DNA from: Candidatus Latescibacterota bacterium
Lineage (GTDB): Bacteria > Latescibacterota > UBA2968 > GCA-2709665
NCBI GenBank assembly: GCA_965237675.1
Contig: OZ250150.1
Span: forward strand, 2,336,001-2,400,000
DNA: 64,000 nucleotides
Reading direction: 5' to 3'
Part shown: piece after piece, positions 19,060-29,078 of the stretch
Position numbering within the stretch: the stretch's first letter is position 1
How the letters are laid out: each line of letters starts with the position of its first letter
The notes under the pieces: model-generated
What the model was told of the DNA's origin: nothing
The model's input: the letters and a program-made list of their open reading frames with translations, nothing else
Databases searched by the model: none
Made by a program: the position numbers and the translations under genes

Positions 19060-21501
19060 GCGGCATCGCCACGTACATCGCGTACGACACGACTCAGGTT
19101 GTTTACGTGGGATTCGACACGGGGAACATCTTGCCGAATGCCCATACGCTTGTCGAACAGGATTCAGCTTCGGTCCGGATCGAGGTTTCGTCGCTGAGTG
19201 GTTCCGCAACCGCGAACGCCGGTCTGGTGGGCGCGGTACGATTTCGCACGTCGGACGCCTTTTCGGACACTGAGATCTGGCTGGTGGGTGCCGAACTTAT
19301 GCGTGGCGGTCGTTCCGAGAGGTTATCGGATGCCGTGGGCGTTGTCTTGGAGGTTCCTGTGCCTCCATCCCCGGACTTCAACGCCAGCGGCGTTGTGGAT
19401 TTTGCCGACTTCGTGCTGTTTGCATCCGTTTTTGGTTATCGGGATGGTGACGAGGCATTCGATGCCAGGTACGATCTGAACGGTGACGAGGAGATCGCGT
19501 TCGACGATTTCATGATTTTCGCCAGAAGCTTCGGCGAAACGGTGAACCGCGCGCCTGTGTTTGACGCCACACGCCCCGTGACGCGCACCGTGATAGAGAA
19601 CGCTTCCGCGGGTCAGCCCATCGGTTAACCCCTCTCCGCCATGGATGCCGACGGCGATACCCTTCGCTACGGGCTGCGCGGCCTGAATTCGGACAGGTTC
19701 GCCATTGACGCTGGGACGGGTCAGTTGCGGACAAAGGAGGGGATCGCTTACGACCATGAAGCGGATGAGACGTATTTCATCATCGTGCGTGCCAGTGACG
19801 GGAAGGGGGGCCGCGCGCGTCTCCGAGTCAATATCGGCGTCACGGACGCGGACGAACCGCCCGGCGCAGCGCCAGTACAATATGTGGTGGAGTATGGCGA
19901 CGGCGGAGTGACGATCAGCTGGGTCGCATCGACTGACGAGGCGGGCAAGCCCCCGGTAAGCGGATACGAGGCGCAGCGACGGCAGACCGATAGCGATGAA
20001 TGGCAGGACGTGCCGATCCTGGATAGCCGTGCGGATACGAGTCTCATTCTCACGGATCTGATCAGCGACAAGACGTATGAGGTACGTGTGCGGACACTAA
20101 ACGAGGATGGCGCCAGCGAATGGTCTGTGCCTATCGCCGTGAAGGCGCCGGCCTCGCCCCCCCCCTCCGCCACCGCCGGTTGCCAACGGCGTGTGCAGCC
20201 GCACCGCGCAGGTGCGTGACGCAATCGTTGCGGCGGCTGGCGTGAGCGCTTGTGGGGAGGTCACTGCGGAACACCTGGCCTCAATTACCAGCCTCCAATT
20301 GAATTCAAAGAACATCTCGACGCTAAAGGCCAATGATTTTGCGGAGCTGACTGCGTTGAAACATCTCAATCTTGTCAACAACGGCGTCAGTAGTATTCCC
20401 GCAGGTGTCTTCTCGGACCTGTCAGCGCTTGAATTCCTTAATATGCCGCATAGTATCACCAACCTACCGGCAAATGTCTTTTCCAACCTGCGGGCGTTGA
20501 AGCACCTCGGCCTTTCTTCCAACAACTTTGGCAACCCGGATGTAAGTCTCTTTTCCAACCTGTCAAACCTGGAAAAACTTTACCTTGCGGGAAACAGATT
20601 TACCAGCCTGCCGGCGAATGTCTTTTCCAACCAGACGGCACTGAGACGCCTTGAAATTGCGCACAACAAACTCAGCAGCCTGCCGGCGAATATCTTCAGC
20701 AATCTGTCGGCGTTGACGGTGCTCAGGTTATTCAACAACGACATCAGCAGCCTGGATGCAAATATCTTTTCCAACCTGTCAGCACTGGAATCACTCGGGC
20801 TTTACAACAACAACCTACAATCAAGCACCCTACCGGCAGGTGTGTTCTCAAGCTTGACATCGCTAAAAAGCCTGAGCCTCCACCAAAACAACTTCAGCGG
20901 CCTGCCGGCAGGCATCTTCGACAACCTGTCGGCACTGGAATCCCTCTCTTTGCACTACAACACCATTGGCAGCCTGCATGTGAATGTCTTCTCCAACCTG
21001 CAGGCAGTGACATGGATCAATCTGGCGTTTAACGACATCACAAGTCTGCCCGGGAATCTACTTTCCGGGACGACGGCGCTGGAAGTACTCTATCTGAATG
21101 GCAACCGCCTTAACAGCCTTCCAGCGGGTTTATTTTCCGGACTGACTTCGCCATTTAGGGTTCAGTTCGACGGAAATTCAACCAACCCGCTTTCTATTAA
21201 CGTCTCGCTGGAGTTGACGGCGGCCGGGCAATTCAAGGCCATAGCGCACACTGGCGCTCCGTTTGAGATGACTCTACCACTCCAGGTGGTCAATGGCACA
21301 GTCAGTGGCGGCGTAACCAGCATCGTCATTCCGCTGGGCGCGCTCGAGAGCGACGTGCTCACCATAACCCGCATTGCGGGCACCACCGCTGCGGTGACCG
21401 TAGACATCGGATCATTGCCGACACTGCCGACGGATCACAACGGTTACGCGCTCGTCAAGTCCGGCAATCTACCGCTGCAGGTTATCGCCCCGTCGCAATA
21501 G
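18804..21501 (+). pseudogene. Surface protein B (paralog of A; about 13 LRRs); in-frame TAA plus frameshift in a C9 tract
   Basis: TAA at 19626-19628 aligns with a GAT codon in A and the frame continues at 19641. The C9 run at 20157-20165 shifts the frame before the LRRs. Confidence 0.8.
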
Positions 21502-21518
21502 GAGAGGGAATGCCCTAC

Positions 21519-21678
21519 CAGTCCGTTGAAAAAGTTGCTCTGCAGGCGAGGCCGAGCCATTGTAACCGAAGAAAAGGCGCGCGACCGAGCCGAATCGGAG
21601 AATTCGGGGAGGGAGCGCAACGCAGTATTTCGGCCACAAGAGCCGGCCGCAGACCGGATGGACTTTTTCAACGGGCTG
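21519..21678. mobile_element. 160-bp MITE with 17-bp terminal inverted repeats and CTAC target-site duplication
   Basis: Ends CAGTCCGTTGAAAAAGT…ACTTTTTCAACGGGCTG with CTAC on both sides; the empty paralogous site has a single CTAC at 14865-14868. Confidence 0.8.
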
Positions 21679-21963
21679 CTACTGCACGATCCATGAACTC
21701 CGGCGACGGTGATACTCACCAGACGTAGTTACAGGGATATTCAACCGACGAGCAATTCCTGACACCGACCAATAATTCAGCGGCGTTTGTGAACGAAAAG
21801 GGGCGGATATGAGATCCGCCTCTTTCATTTTGCCGAGAACGCTGTGTATAACAGGTTGGGAGATGCGGCCGGAGCGGAGGATTTTGGAGTTGTCGGCCGT
21901 GTCGCCGTCGAGGGCAGGATGCCCTCGGTCCGGGAGAGCGGATCGGGATTATGGCGTCACCGG

Positions 21964-22251
21964 TCAGAGATTGACCGGGACCTCATCCTTGAACGCGGGA
22001 ACAGATTCCCACTACTGAACCACGCCGTCCCCGTCGTTTTCGAACACGGCAAGATACAGGTCCACGCTCGCTTTTCCACCCAGCCTCAGGCATGCCGCAC
22101 TGCCGTCGGGCGTGGAAGCGTCCGCAATCCACGACTCGTCCCGGGCCCGGGTATACTCGGCGGCCTCGTCGTGACTCACCCTCCGGAAATCGAAGCGTTC
22201 CGTCTCTTGAGACACCAGCGACAGCCACCGGTCGATCCCCTCCAGGGTCAC
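21964..22251 (-). pseudogene. 3' fragment of the 16367-18067 hypothetical gene
   Basis: TLEGIDRWLSLVS…ENDGDGVVQ matches the intact gene; premature TAG in place of CGG. Confidence 0.85.
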
Positions 22252-22339
22252 CGCGGACGAATCGTGCCTCCCTGTCAGGCTGAATTCGGCAGCCTCTGGC
22301 GTCGGTCATTGGCCTGATCGTCACGGGCGGGCGTCCTGT

Positions 22340-24089
22340 TTACTCAGGCATTCCCAAACGATAGCCGACGCGAGGCTCGTTGAAGATGTAGGTGGGGTTG
22401 CTCGCCTCGTCGTGGAGCTTGCGGCGGATGTTCTTCACGGCCGAGCGTAGTCGTCGGCCCCCGCGTCGAAGGCACCGGCGATCGCTTCCTCGTGACCGTA
22501 GGCGGATAGGAAAATGATCGGGACGTCCGCGTGTTCCAGGATGCGCTCCATCACTTTAATCCCGTCGGTTCCCTGCAGAACCAGATCCAGCAACACAAGC
22601 TGGGGACGGTGCTCCTGAATAAGGAGCGGCACGTCGTCCGGGTCGCCGGTCACGACCGGGACGTAACCCGACTTCGAGAGCGCTTCCCGCACGTTGCTCA
22701 GGGTCTGCGGGTCGTCGTCTACGACCAGGATTCGTGTTCGGTCCCGCCCCATCTGCCGCACGTGAGGAGATACGGATCCGGCGGGTGAGGCATGCCCCGC
22801 ATCCTCTGTGATCGGGATGGTGAACGTGATCCGGGTTCCCAGGCCTACTCCCTGGCTCTCGGCCCAGATTCTGCCGCCATGGGCCTCCACGATGCCCTTG
22901 CAGATGGCCAGACCCAGGCCCGAACCCGTATCGTCCGCGCCCTCCGAGTCGCCCTTGTGGAGCTTCTGAAAAAGATGCGGCAGCCGATCGGGCGCCACGC
23001 CACGGCCCTTATCTGTTACTGAGAACGCAACGTGCACCCCCTCCTGCACGGCGGTCACCACAATGGGTGACGTCTCGGGCGAGTGCCGGGCCGCGTTCGA
23101 CAGGAGATTGGCAAGAACTTGGACGATGCGCCGCCGGTCCGCCATCACAGGAGAGAGGTCCGGCGCGAGTTCGATGTGAATGTTGTTTCTGCCCCATCCG
23201 CTCAGAATGGTGTTCCGGGCCTGTTCCACCAGCGCGGTACCGCCATCGCTTCGGAATTGATCGCCAGGGTGCCTGCCTGGATGCGCGCCACGTCCAGCAG
23301 GTGCTGAGAGCCTGGGCCAGTGAGACTTCTCGGAGTGAGACGTTCCGCCCGTCGGCCCTGCGGAAAGTGAGAACTTCCAGGAGTTCCTCAGGAGGACGAT
23401 CCCAGGTCCGCAGATTCTCGAAAATCCTGACGGCCTCGCGGTTGAACGATACCGCCTTTCCGGTACTGACGTCGAAGACAGCGACGCCAACCGGCGATGT
23501 GTTGATCAGGGCCTCGAGATCGGCCTTGGCCTTTTTTTCGTCCCTGTAGCGCCGTGCGTTGGCGATGACCAATGCAGCCTGTGACGCAAACATCACCAGC
23601 GTATCTTCGTCTTCCTGGGTGAATACAGAGCCACCCTCCTTCCCGGCGAGATAGATGATGCCCACGGATTCCCCTCTGTGGCGGACGGGCGCCGCGAGAA
23701 AGGTAAGAACATCGCTTACTGGTATCGGCGGGCGGAACCCGGGGAGGCCCATCTCCCGGGTGTGGCTGTGGAAGTCACGCAGCCGCAGGGGTTCCTTAAT
23801 CCCGCGGAACGCCACGAAGAACCTCACGCCGTCCGGCATTTTCCAGAACTGCCGGCTCTGTGTCGGGTGTCATCCCCGAGGCAACGCAGTCCAGTATCTC
23901 TCCCGTACTGTCCCTGAGCGTCATCACGCCGTACCGCGAGCCGGTCTGCACTCGCGCACTATTCAGGACGTCGCCCAACACCGTCTCGAAGTCCAGAGTC
24001 TCGTTGATGCGGAGGCTCGCCTCGCTCAACCGCGACAGCCGTTCCCGCAGTGTCTTTACCTCTTGTTCCCACGCTTCGGCTCGTCTCAT
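22340..24089 (-). pseudogene. Degraded hybrid sensor kinase/response regulator (GAF-PAS-HATPase-REC-winged helix)
   Basis: Fragments in three frames: GAF (…MFASQAALVIANARR), PAS, NLLSNA/GSGLGLAI, ILVVDDD…LLDL, IRRKL…IFNEPRVGY. The H-box and most of the output domain are deleted. Confidence 0.8.
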
Positions 24090-24740
24090 TTTTTCCTCCG
24101 CATTTGGCGGCAGCCACTCCGGGCTATGCCGTGGTCGAGAAGTCGGCTGCGTGCAAAAACCCGCGATTTATCGGCCGACGCCCGGCTGTTTCCGACGTTT
24201 TTTTCGGCGACGGGCGAGAACACATCAAAACATCATCACTGCTGACTCTAAAATCACTAGAAGTTCACAGCATTGTCGTATATTGTCGCAATAAGTAAGA
24301 ATAAATGTGTTATCAGACAAACTTACAACAAGGGGTTGAAGCAGGGTGTTTGATATGAGAAAGTGCCGGGGCGTCTGGCACCGATGGAGGAATTGACGTG
24401 TCAGTGGACAGGGTACGATTCATTGCGGCGGGTTGGAAGTGGACCCCAACGTCAAGACCAACTTGAGGAGAATTTAAGGTGGAATTGTTTTTTGTTTTCG
24501 ATAGGGTTTTCCTTTGTGAAGTAGAGGTCAGCGGGTAGTCGGTTTTCCAGTCCCTGGTGCGGGCGATGTACCAAGCCGAGGAACAATCTCACAGGTGGTC
24601 AATGGCGACCTTTCGACAGCTTCCCGAACCCGGCATGTCAACTAATATAGAAAGGTTTTCGATTTAACTCGTTTATATAAATGTGATATTTTGCTTACGT
24701 TTGCATAAGGAATATAAATCCACCGTCAGGAGGCCAAATC

Positions 24741-27257
24741 ATGAAAAAGTTCATATTTAACCTGTCCTTATGCCTGCTGATCTCGTCAGTGAGCGATGCT
24801 GCGGAGGATAGTAGTCATTTTTGCGTCCCGGTCGATTTGGCGAAACTTGAGCACTATCGCCAAACTCAACCTGCAGCGGCCAAGCCGGCCCTCCTGGATG
24901 CGGGAGAGCCGCGCACCGTAAGGATGATCTACTTCGTGTCCGACCCGCAGGGGTTCAGGCAAGAAGTGGTCGATAAGATGAAAACAACGATTCGGGAAGT
25001 ACAGCGCATTTTTGCCGACCAGATAAGCGCGCACGGATTCGGAGAAAGAACCTTCAATTATGAAAAAGATGCACCAGGTGAACCCATGGTTCATGTCGTA
25101 TATGGTACCGGAGGTAATTACGACTATGTGCGTGCGCTTGGCAGAATCGGACGGGAATATGGATATGATCTCAAGTCAAATATTTACTTCATCGTCCTTG
25201 GCAATGAAGAAGACATTCAATATCGAAATGTATTAGGGCTTGGTTTGCAGACGTCAAGAAATAGTGGATGGGCGATGTTGAGGCAATATATTGACCCGAA
25301 TTTCGTCGCCAGAGCAGCCCACGAACTGGGACATGCTTTCGGATTGTGGCACAATTTCAACAATGATGCCTACATCATGTCATACGGTCGTGGACGAACC
25401 AGGTTATCCGAGTTCAGCGCAGGGCATTTGGCCGTACACCCCCATTTCAATCCCGATAGTTCAACGTATCAGGAATATGTGCTGGATTTGCCAAAGGGCC
25501 AGATCCTTTCGTCGCGTTCATATCGAACAGGAGCAACAAGCGTCCCTATCCAACTGGAACTCAGCGACCCTGACGGTCTTCAACAGGTATCTCTATTTGT
25601 CACAACACCGGAAACCCACTTTTCCGCAGGCTCTCCCGAATTGAAGACAGGTCGTCTATTGGGAGGTGTGACGAATGCGACTATTGACCTCTATTATGAC
25701 GGCATTATTCCATCGGATCCCGGTGCTACGAATCTCTCCATCCTTTTTATACACAAGATGACGTTAGAGGCGGTGGATACGCGCGGTAATATCCGCAAAA
25801 TAGGTCTTTCGCTGCTGCATAATTCGACCCACAAACTCGTCATCCCCCTGGACAGACAGAAGGGGAATGGTGCCAACGGTGTGGCCTTTTCCCCCGATGG
25901 AAAAATCCTCGCCGCAGGGACAGAGAATCTAACCGTTGAACTGTGGAACGCAGAGACCGGCACACACATCGCCACCCTTGAGGGATATAACCCGTATCGG
26001 CGGTATATTAAACAGGTCTTTTCTTTGGCCTTTTTGCCCGATGGAAAAATCCTCGCCACGGGAACATGGCATGGCAGCATCAAGCTGTGGGACGTGGCAA
26101 CGAGGACAGAGATAACCACCTTTACACTTAGTGCTTATCAAAGTCGGATCATGTCTTTGGCCTTTTCCCCCGATGGAAAAATCCTCGCCGCAGGAATAAC
26201 GGATGCTGAAGGGAGCGGCCCAAACATAATCAGGCTATGGGACATGGCGACAAAAACCCAACTCGCCCCTCTTATAGGCCATACACATGGTGTCCAGAGC
26301 GTGGCATTTTCACCGGATGGAAAGACTCTCGCTTCGGGTGCTTTTGATAGCACGATCAGGCTATGGGACGTGGCGACAAAGACCGAGATTGCCAAACTTC
26401 CCTATGAGAACTCGGTCACTTCTGTGGCATTCTCACCGGATGGAAAAACACTCGTTTCAAGTGCTTTTAATAACAAAGTCGCTTTTTGGGATGTGGATAA
26501 AAGAGCCTTTAAGGATCAGTTTTATGTAAGGGTGAATAATCTTCTCCGTTATGCGTCATTTACCCTTGATGGCGAAAAAATCGTCACCGCGTCACAGGGT
26601 GGGGATATTGATCTTCGGGATGCAAATACATACGAAAGAATCGCGAGATTTCAGGGCAACACTAACGCTCGACTGCTTGGTGCTTGTACAGCATTTTCCC
26701 CCGATGGCACAACTTTCGCCACGTCATTAGGCGGCGGTTATGAAAGAGAGGGGGATTACACCATCGTCTTGTGGAACCTGTCGCCTTATGTCACACCCGT
26801 AGTACATATTGCCGACTTCAACCTCAAAGAGGCAATTCGAAAAACACTGGGCAAAGCGGGTTACGGACCCATCACCAGAACAGACATAGCCCGTTTGACC
26901 ACACTCGATGTGAGCAACCGAAATATCCGCGATTTGATCGGGCTTGAATTTGCAACCAACCTGACCACATTGAATCTTGAGGACAACCCGCTGAGTTCAG
27001 CAGCCATCAACACATATATTCCAGACCTGGAAAAGAGAGGTGTTGCGGTCCTGTTTGACAAACCCGCTCTTCCCGCAGACTTTGATGGCAGTGGTACGGT
27101 TGACTTTGCCGATTTTTTGGGATTTGTAGATCAATTCGGATTAAGCCGGGGCGATGCGAGGTATGACGCTCGGTATGATCTGAATGGTAATGGCGAGATT
27201 GGGTTTGGCGATTTTCTGATATTTGTCAACGATTTCGGTAAAACAGCGTCATCTTGA
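24741..27257 (+). CDS. Secreted metzincin-like peptidase with WD40 propeller, short LRR and C-terminal dockerin/EF-hand
   Basis: Signal peptide, AHELGHAFGLWH…IMSY, about 7 AFSPDGK…LWD repeats, DFDGSGTVDFADF…DLNGNGEIGFGDF; AGGAGG RBS. Confidence 0.85.
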   Translation: MKKFIFNLSLCLLISSVSDAAEDSSHFCVPVDLAKLEHYRQTQPAAAKPALLDAGEPRTVRMIYFVSDPQGFRQEVVDKMKTTIREVQRIFADQISAHGFGERTFNYEKDAPGEPMVHVVYGTGGNYDYVRALGRIGREYGYDLKSNIYFIVLGNEEDIQYRNVLGLGLQTSRNSGWAMLRQYIDPNFVARAAHELGHAFGLWHNFNNDAYIMSYGRGRTRLSEFSAGHLAVHPHFNPDSSTYQEYVLDLPKGQILSSRSYRTGATSVPIQLELSDPDGLQQVSLFVTTPETHFSAGSPELKTGRLLGGVTNATIDLYYDGIIPSDPGATNLSILFIHKMTLEAVDTRGNIRKIGLSLLHNSTHKLVIPLDRQKGNGANGVAFSPDGKILAAGTENLTVELWNAETGTHIATLEGYNPYRRYIKQVFSLAFLPDGKILATGTWHGSIKLWDVATRTEITTFTLSAYQSRIMSLAFSPDGKILAAGITDAEGSGPNIIRLWDMATKTQLAPLIGHTHGVQSVAFSPDGKTLASGAFDSTIRLWDVATKTEIAKLPYENSVTSVAFSPDGKTLVSSAFNNKVAFWDVDKRAFKDQFYVRVNNLLRYASFTLDGEKIVTASQGGDIDLRDANTYERIARFQGNTNARLLGACTAFSPDGTTFATSLGGGYEREGDYTIVLWNLSPYVTPVVHIADFNLKEAIRKTLGKAGYGPITRTDIARLTTLDVSNRNIRDLIGLEFATNLTTLNLEDNPLSSAAINTYIPDLEKRGVAVLFDKPALPADFDGSGTVDFADFLGFVDQFGLSRGDARYDARYDLNGNGEIGFGDFLIFVNDFGKTASS

Positions 27258-27494
27258 GCGGGGCTGGGGGAAAGGCAAATGCAACTACCGATGAACACCG
27301 ATAAACACGAATGAAAAGGCAAAAATCCCCGGATTGCGGCTTAAACCCTGCCGACGATGACCGATGGGAGCTTGCCCCGTCGTGCTGCCGTATAGAATCA
27401 TTGCCTATACGGGGACACGGGAACATGTCTTGGCGGATGGTCGCCCGCCCAAAACACGAAAAATGAAATTTCCTCGCCGAAAACTACCCATTTT

Positions 27495-27526
27495 CAAGTG
27501 TAACCATATACGGTTACACTTGTCAA
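27495..27526 (-). promoter_or_regulatory. Palindromic operator overlapping a sigma70-like promoter
   Basis: CAAGTGTAACC-ATATAC-GGTTACACTTG; minus strand reads TTGACA-N18-TACACT. Confidence 0.5.
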
Positions 27527-27599
27527 GAGCGGGTAGAAGAAGAATTCGATTTATGTCGCAGAGGTATTTTTTCTAAGGAGGGAAAGGGGATGAGAATCA

Positions 27600-28200
27600 C
27601 ATACCCAACAGTGAGTAGCCCACGCGCACGGCATATCGTGACCGTTGAAATCGTGGTACTCATGCCATAGACGTCCCAGTACTGGCAGATCGCACCCTGC
27701 CGGGCCTGGTGACAGAGGACCTCCTCCATCTGCTCAAAGCGCAACCTGCCGTCCCCGCTTGGCTTGATTTCGGCCCTCTGGAACCAGCTGCGGCGCAGTT
27801 CTCGAGCAAGCCGCAGGACAGCGGACCGGCTGCCGGATCGTGGATGCGGAAGGGAAACCCGAAGTGCTGCAAAGCCACCCGCACGGGTTGATCCACGATG
27901 CTCGTGCCTGTATAACTGCCCCGGCTGTCCACCAGTACCAACAGGGCCAGGTTCCCCCCGCTCTCACGGCGGGGGCGTTGTACCATTCTACGCGGTGAAA
28001 ATCCCATCAGACGACCGTGACAGATATTTTCCATCCACTTTACGTTGTAAGTCGCTCGGAAAACAACCCTTTGGCACGTACCCGTGTCCAACTGCTCTTC
28101 AGATTCGTGGCGCCATATTCAGAACGACCTGTTACCGAGTAGGGGTCACGCTGGTAGACAACATACCACACAAGTCTTTCAGCGCAATTGATTTCACCAT
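27600..28200 (-). pseudogene. Collapsed copy of the hypothetical + C45 operon (leader and 5' end of gene 1 fused to 3' end of gene 2)
   Basis: 27790-28200 matches 17895-18310 and 27600-27775 matches about 15220-15400. Confidence 0.8.
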
Positions 28201-28446
28201 CAGGGGCGTTTCAGAGGGTGTATGGCAACTGGCTAGACACCATCCCCCCACCGGCACGCCTGGGGGCAGGCGCCCCCTGCCTTGCCGGCTCCCCCTACAA
28301 GGGGGGAGTGATGGGCACAGTTGACGGCAGTATGCCCTCGGTCCGGCGGGATGTCGACGCGCGGTTGCTCTTTTCGCAAACTAACAATTTGCGATACGAT
28401 CGATGTCTCGGCGACGAGGGCGTTAAGTAGGCCGTATGTATCTTAG

Positions 28447-29076
28447 CTAGGGTTCATTCAAAACGCGTTGGATGCCCTGTGCGCCGATGCGGCCGGGGCG
28501 GAGGATTTCGGGACTCCGGCCTGAGACGTCAACGAGGGTGGAGGGGCGGGGATCCGAGGACTCGCCTCCGTCGAGGATAAGATCGACATCGTGGCCGAGG
28601 ACGTCGGCGGCTTGTCGGGCGCTCCGGGCGGGCGGCTGGCCGGAAAGGTTGGCGCTGGTACTGGTGATTGGGCCGGCCACGTGGTGCAGCAACGCACGGG
28701 CGACCGGCGCGTCGGACACGCGGAGGGCAATGGTAGACTCGGATCCCGGCAGGTGCCCCGGAAGGCCGGGCGCCGCGGGAAACACGAGGGTGAGCGGTCC
28801 GGGCCAGAATTTCTCTATCAGGATTTCTGCGGCCTGTGGAATGTCGGCAACAAGCGCGTCCAGGTCCTGCCTGCCCCGGATGAGCAGAATGAGGCCCTTT
28901 TCCGTTTCCCGGCCCTTGAGGCTGAAGATTCGGTCGAAAGCGGACGGGTTGAAAGGGTCGGCACCCAGGCCATAGACAGTCTCGGTAGGATAGACAACGA
29001 CGCCGCCCGATCGGATCCGATCGGCAGCCTGAACAATGCCGGGCTCATCTGCCTTCAAGACGGGCGCCCGTTCCAT
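28447..29076 (-). CDS. tsaC: L-threonylcarbamoyladenylate synthase (YrdC/Sua5 domain)
   Basis: Motifs VVYPTETVYGL, KGR, FWPGPLT, TSTSANLSG, PSTLVD. Confidence 0.93.
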   Translation of the reverse strand: MERAPVLKADEPGIVQAADRIRSGGVVVYPTETVYGLGADPFNPSAFDRIFSLKGRETEKGLILLIRGRQDLDALVADIPQAAEILIEKFWPGPLTLVFPAAPGLPGHLPGSESTIALRVSDAPVARALLHHVAGPITSTSANLSGQPPARSARQAADVLGHDVDLILDGGESSDPRPSTLVDVSGRSPEILRPGRIGAQGIQRVLNEP

Positions 29077-29078
29077 TG

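Noticed and set aside
12280-21501. Diversity-generating retroelement (TR/VR pair) explaining paralog variation
   Set aside because: There is no reverse transcriptase in the window and the differences are not visibly adenine-specific.
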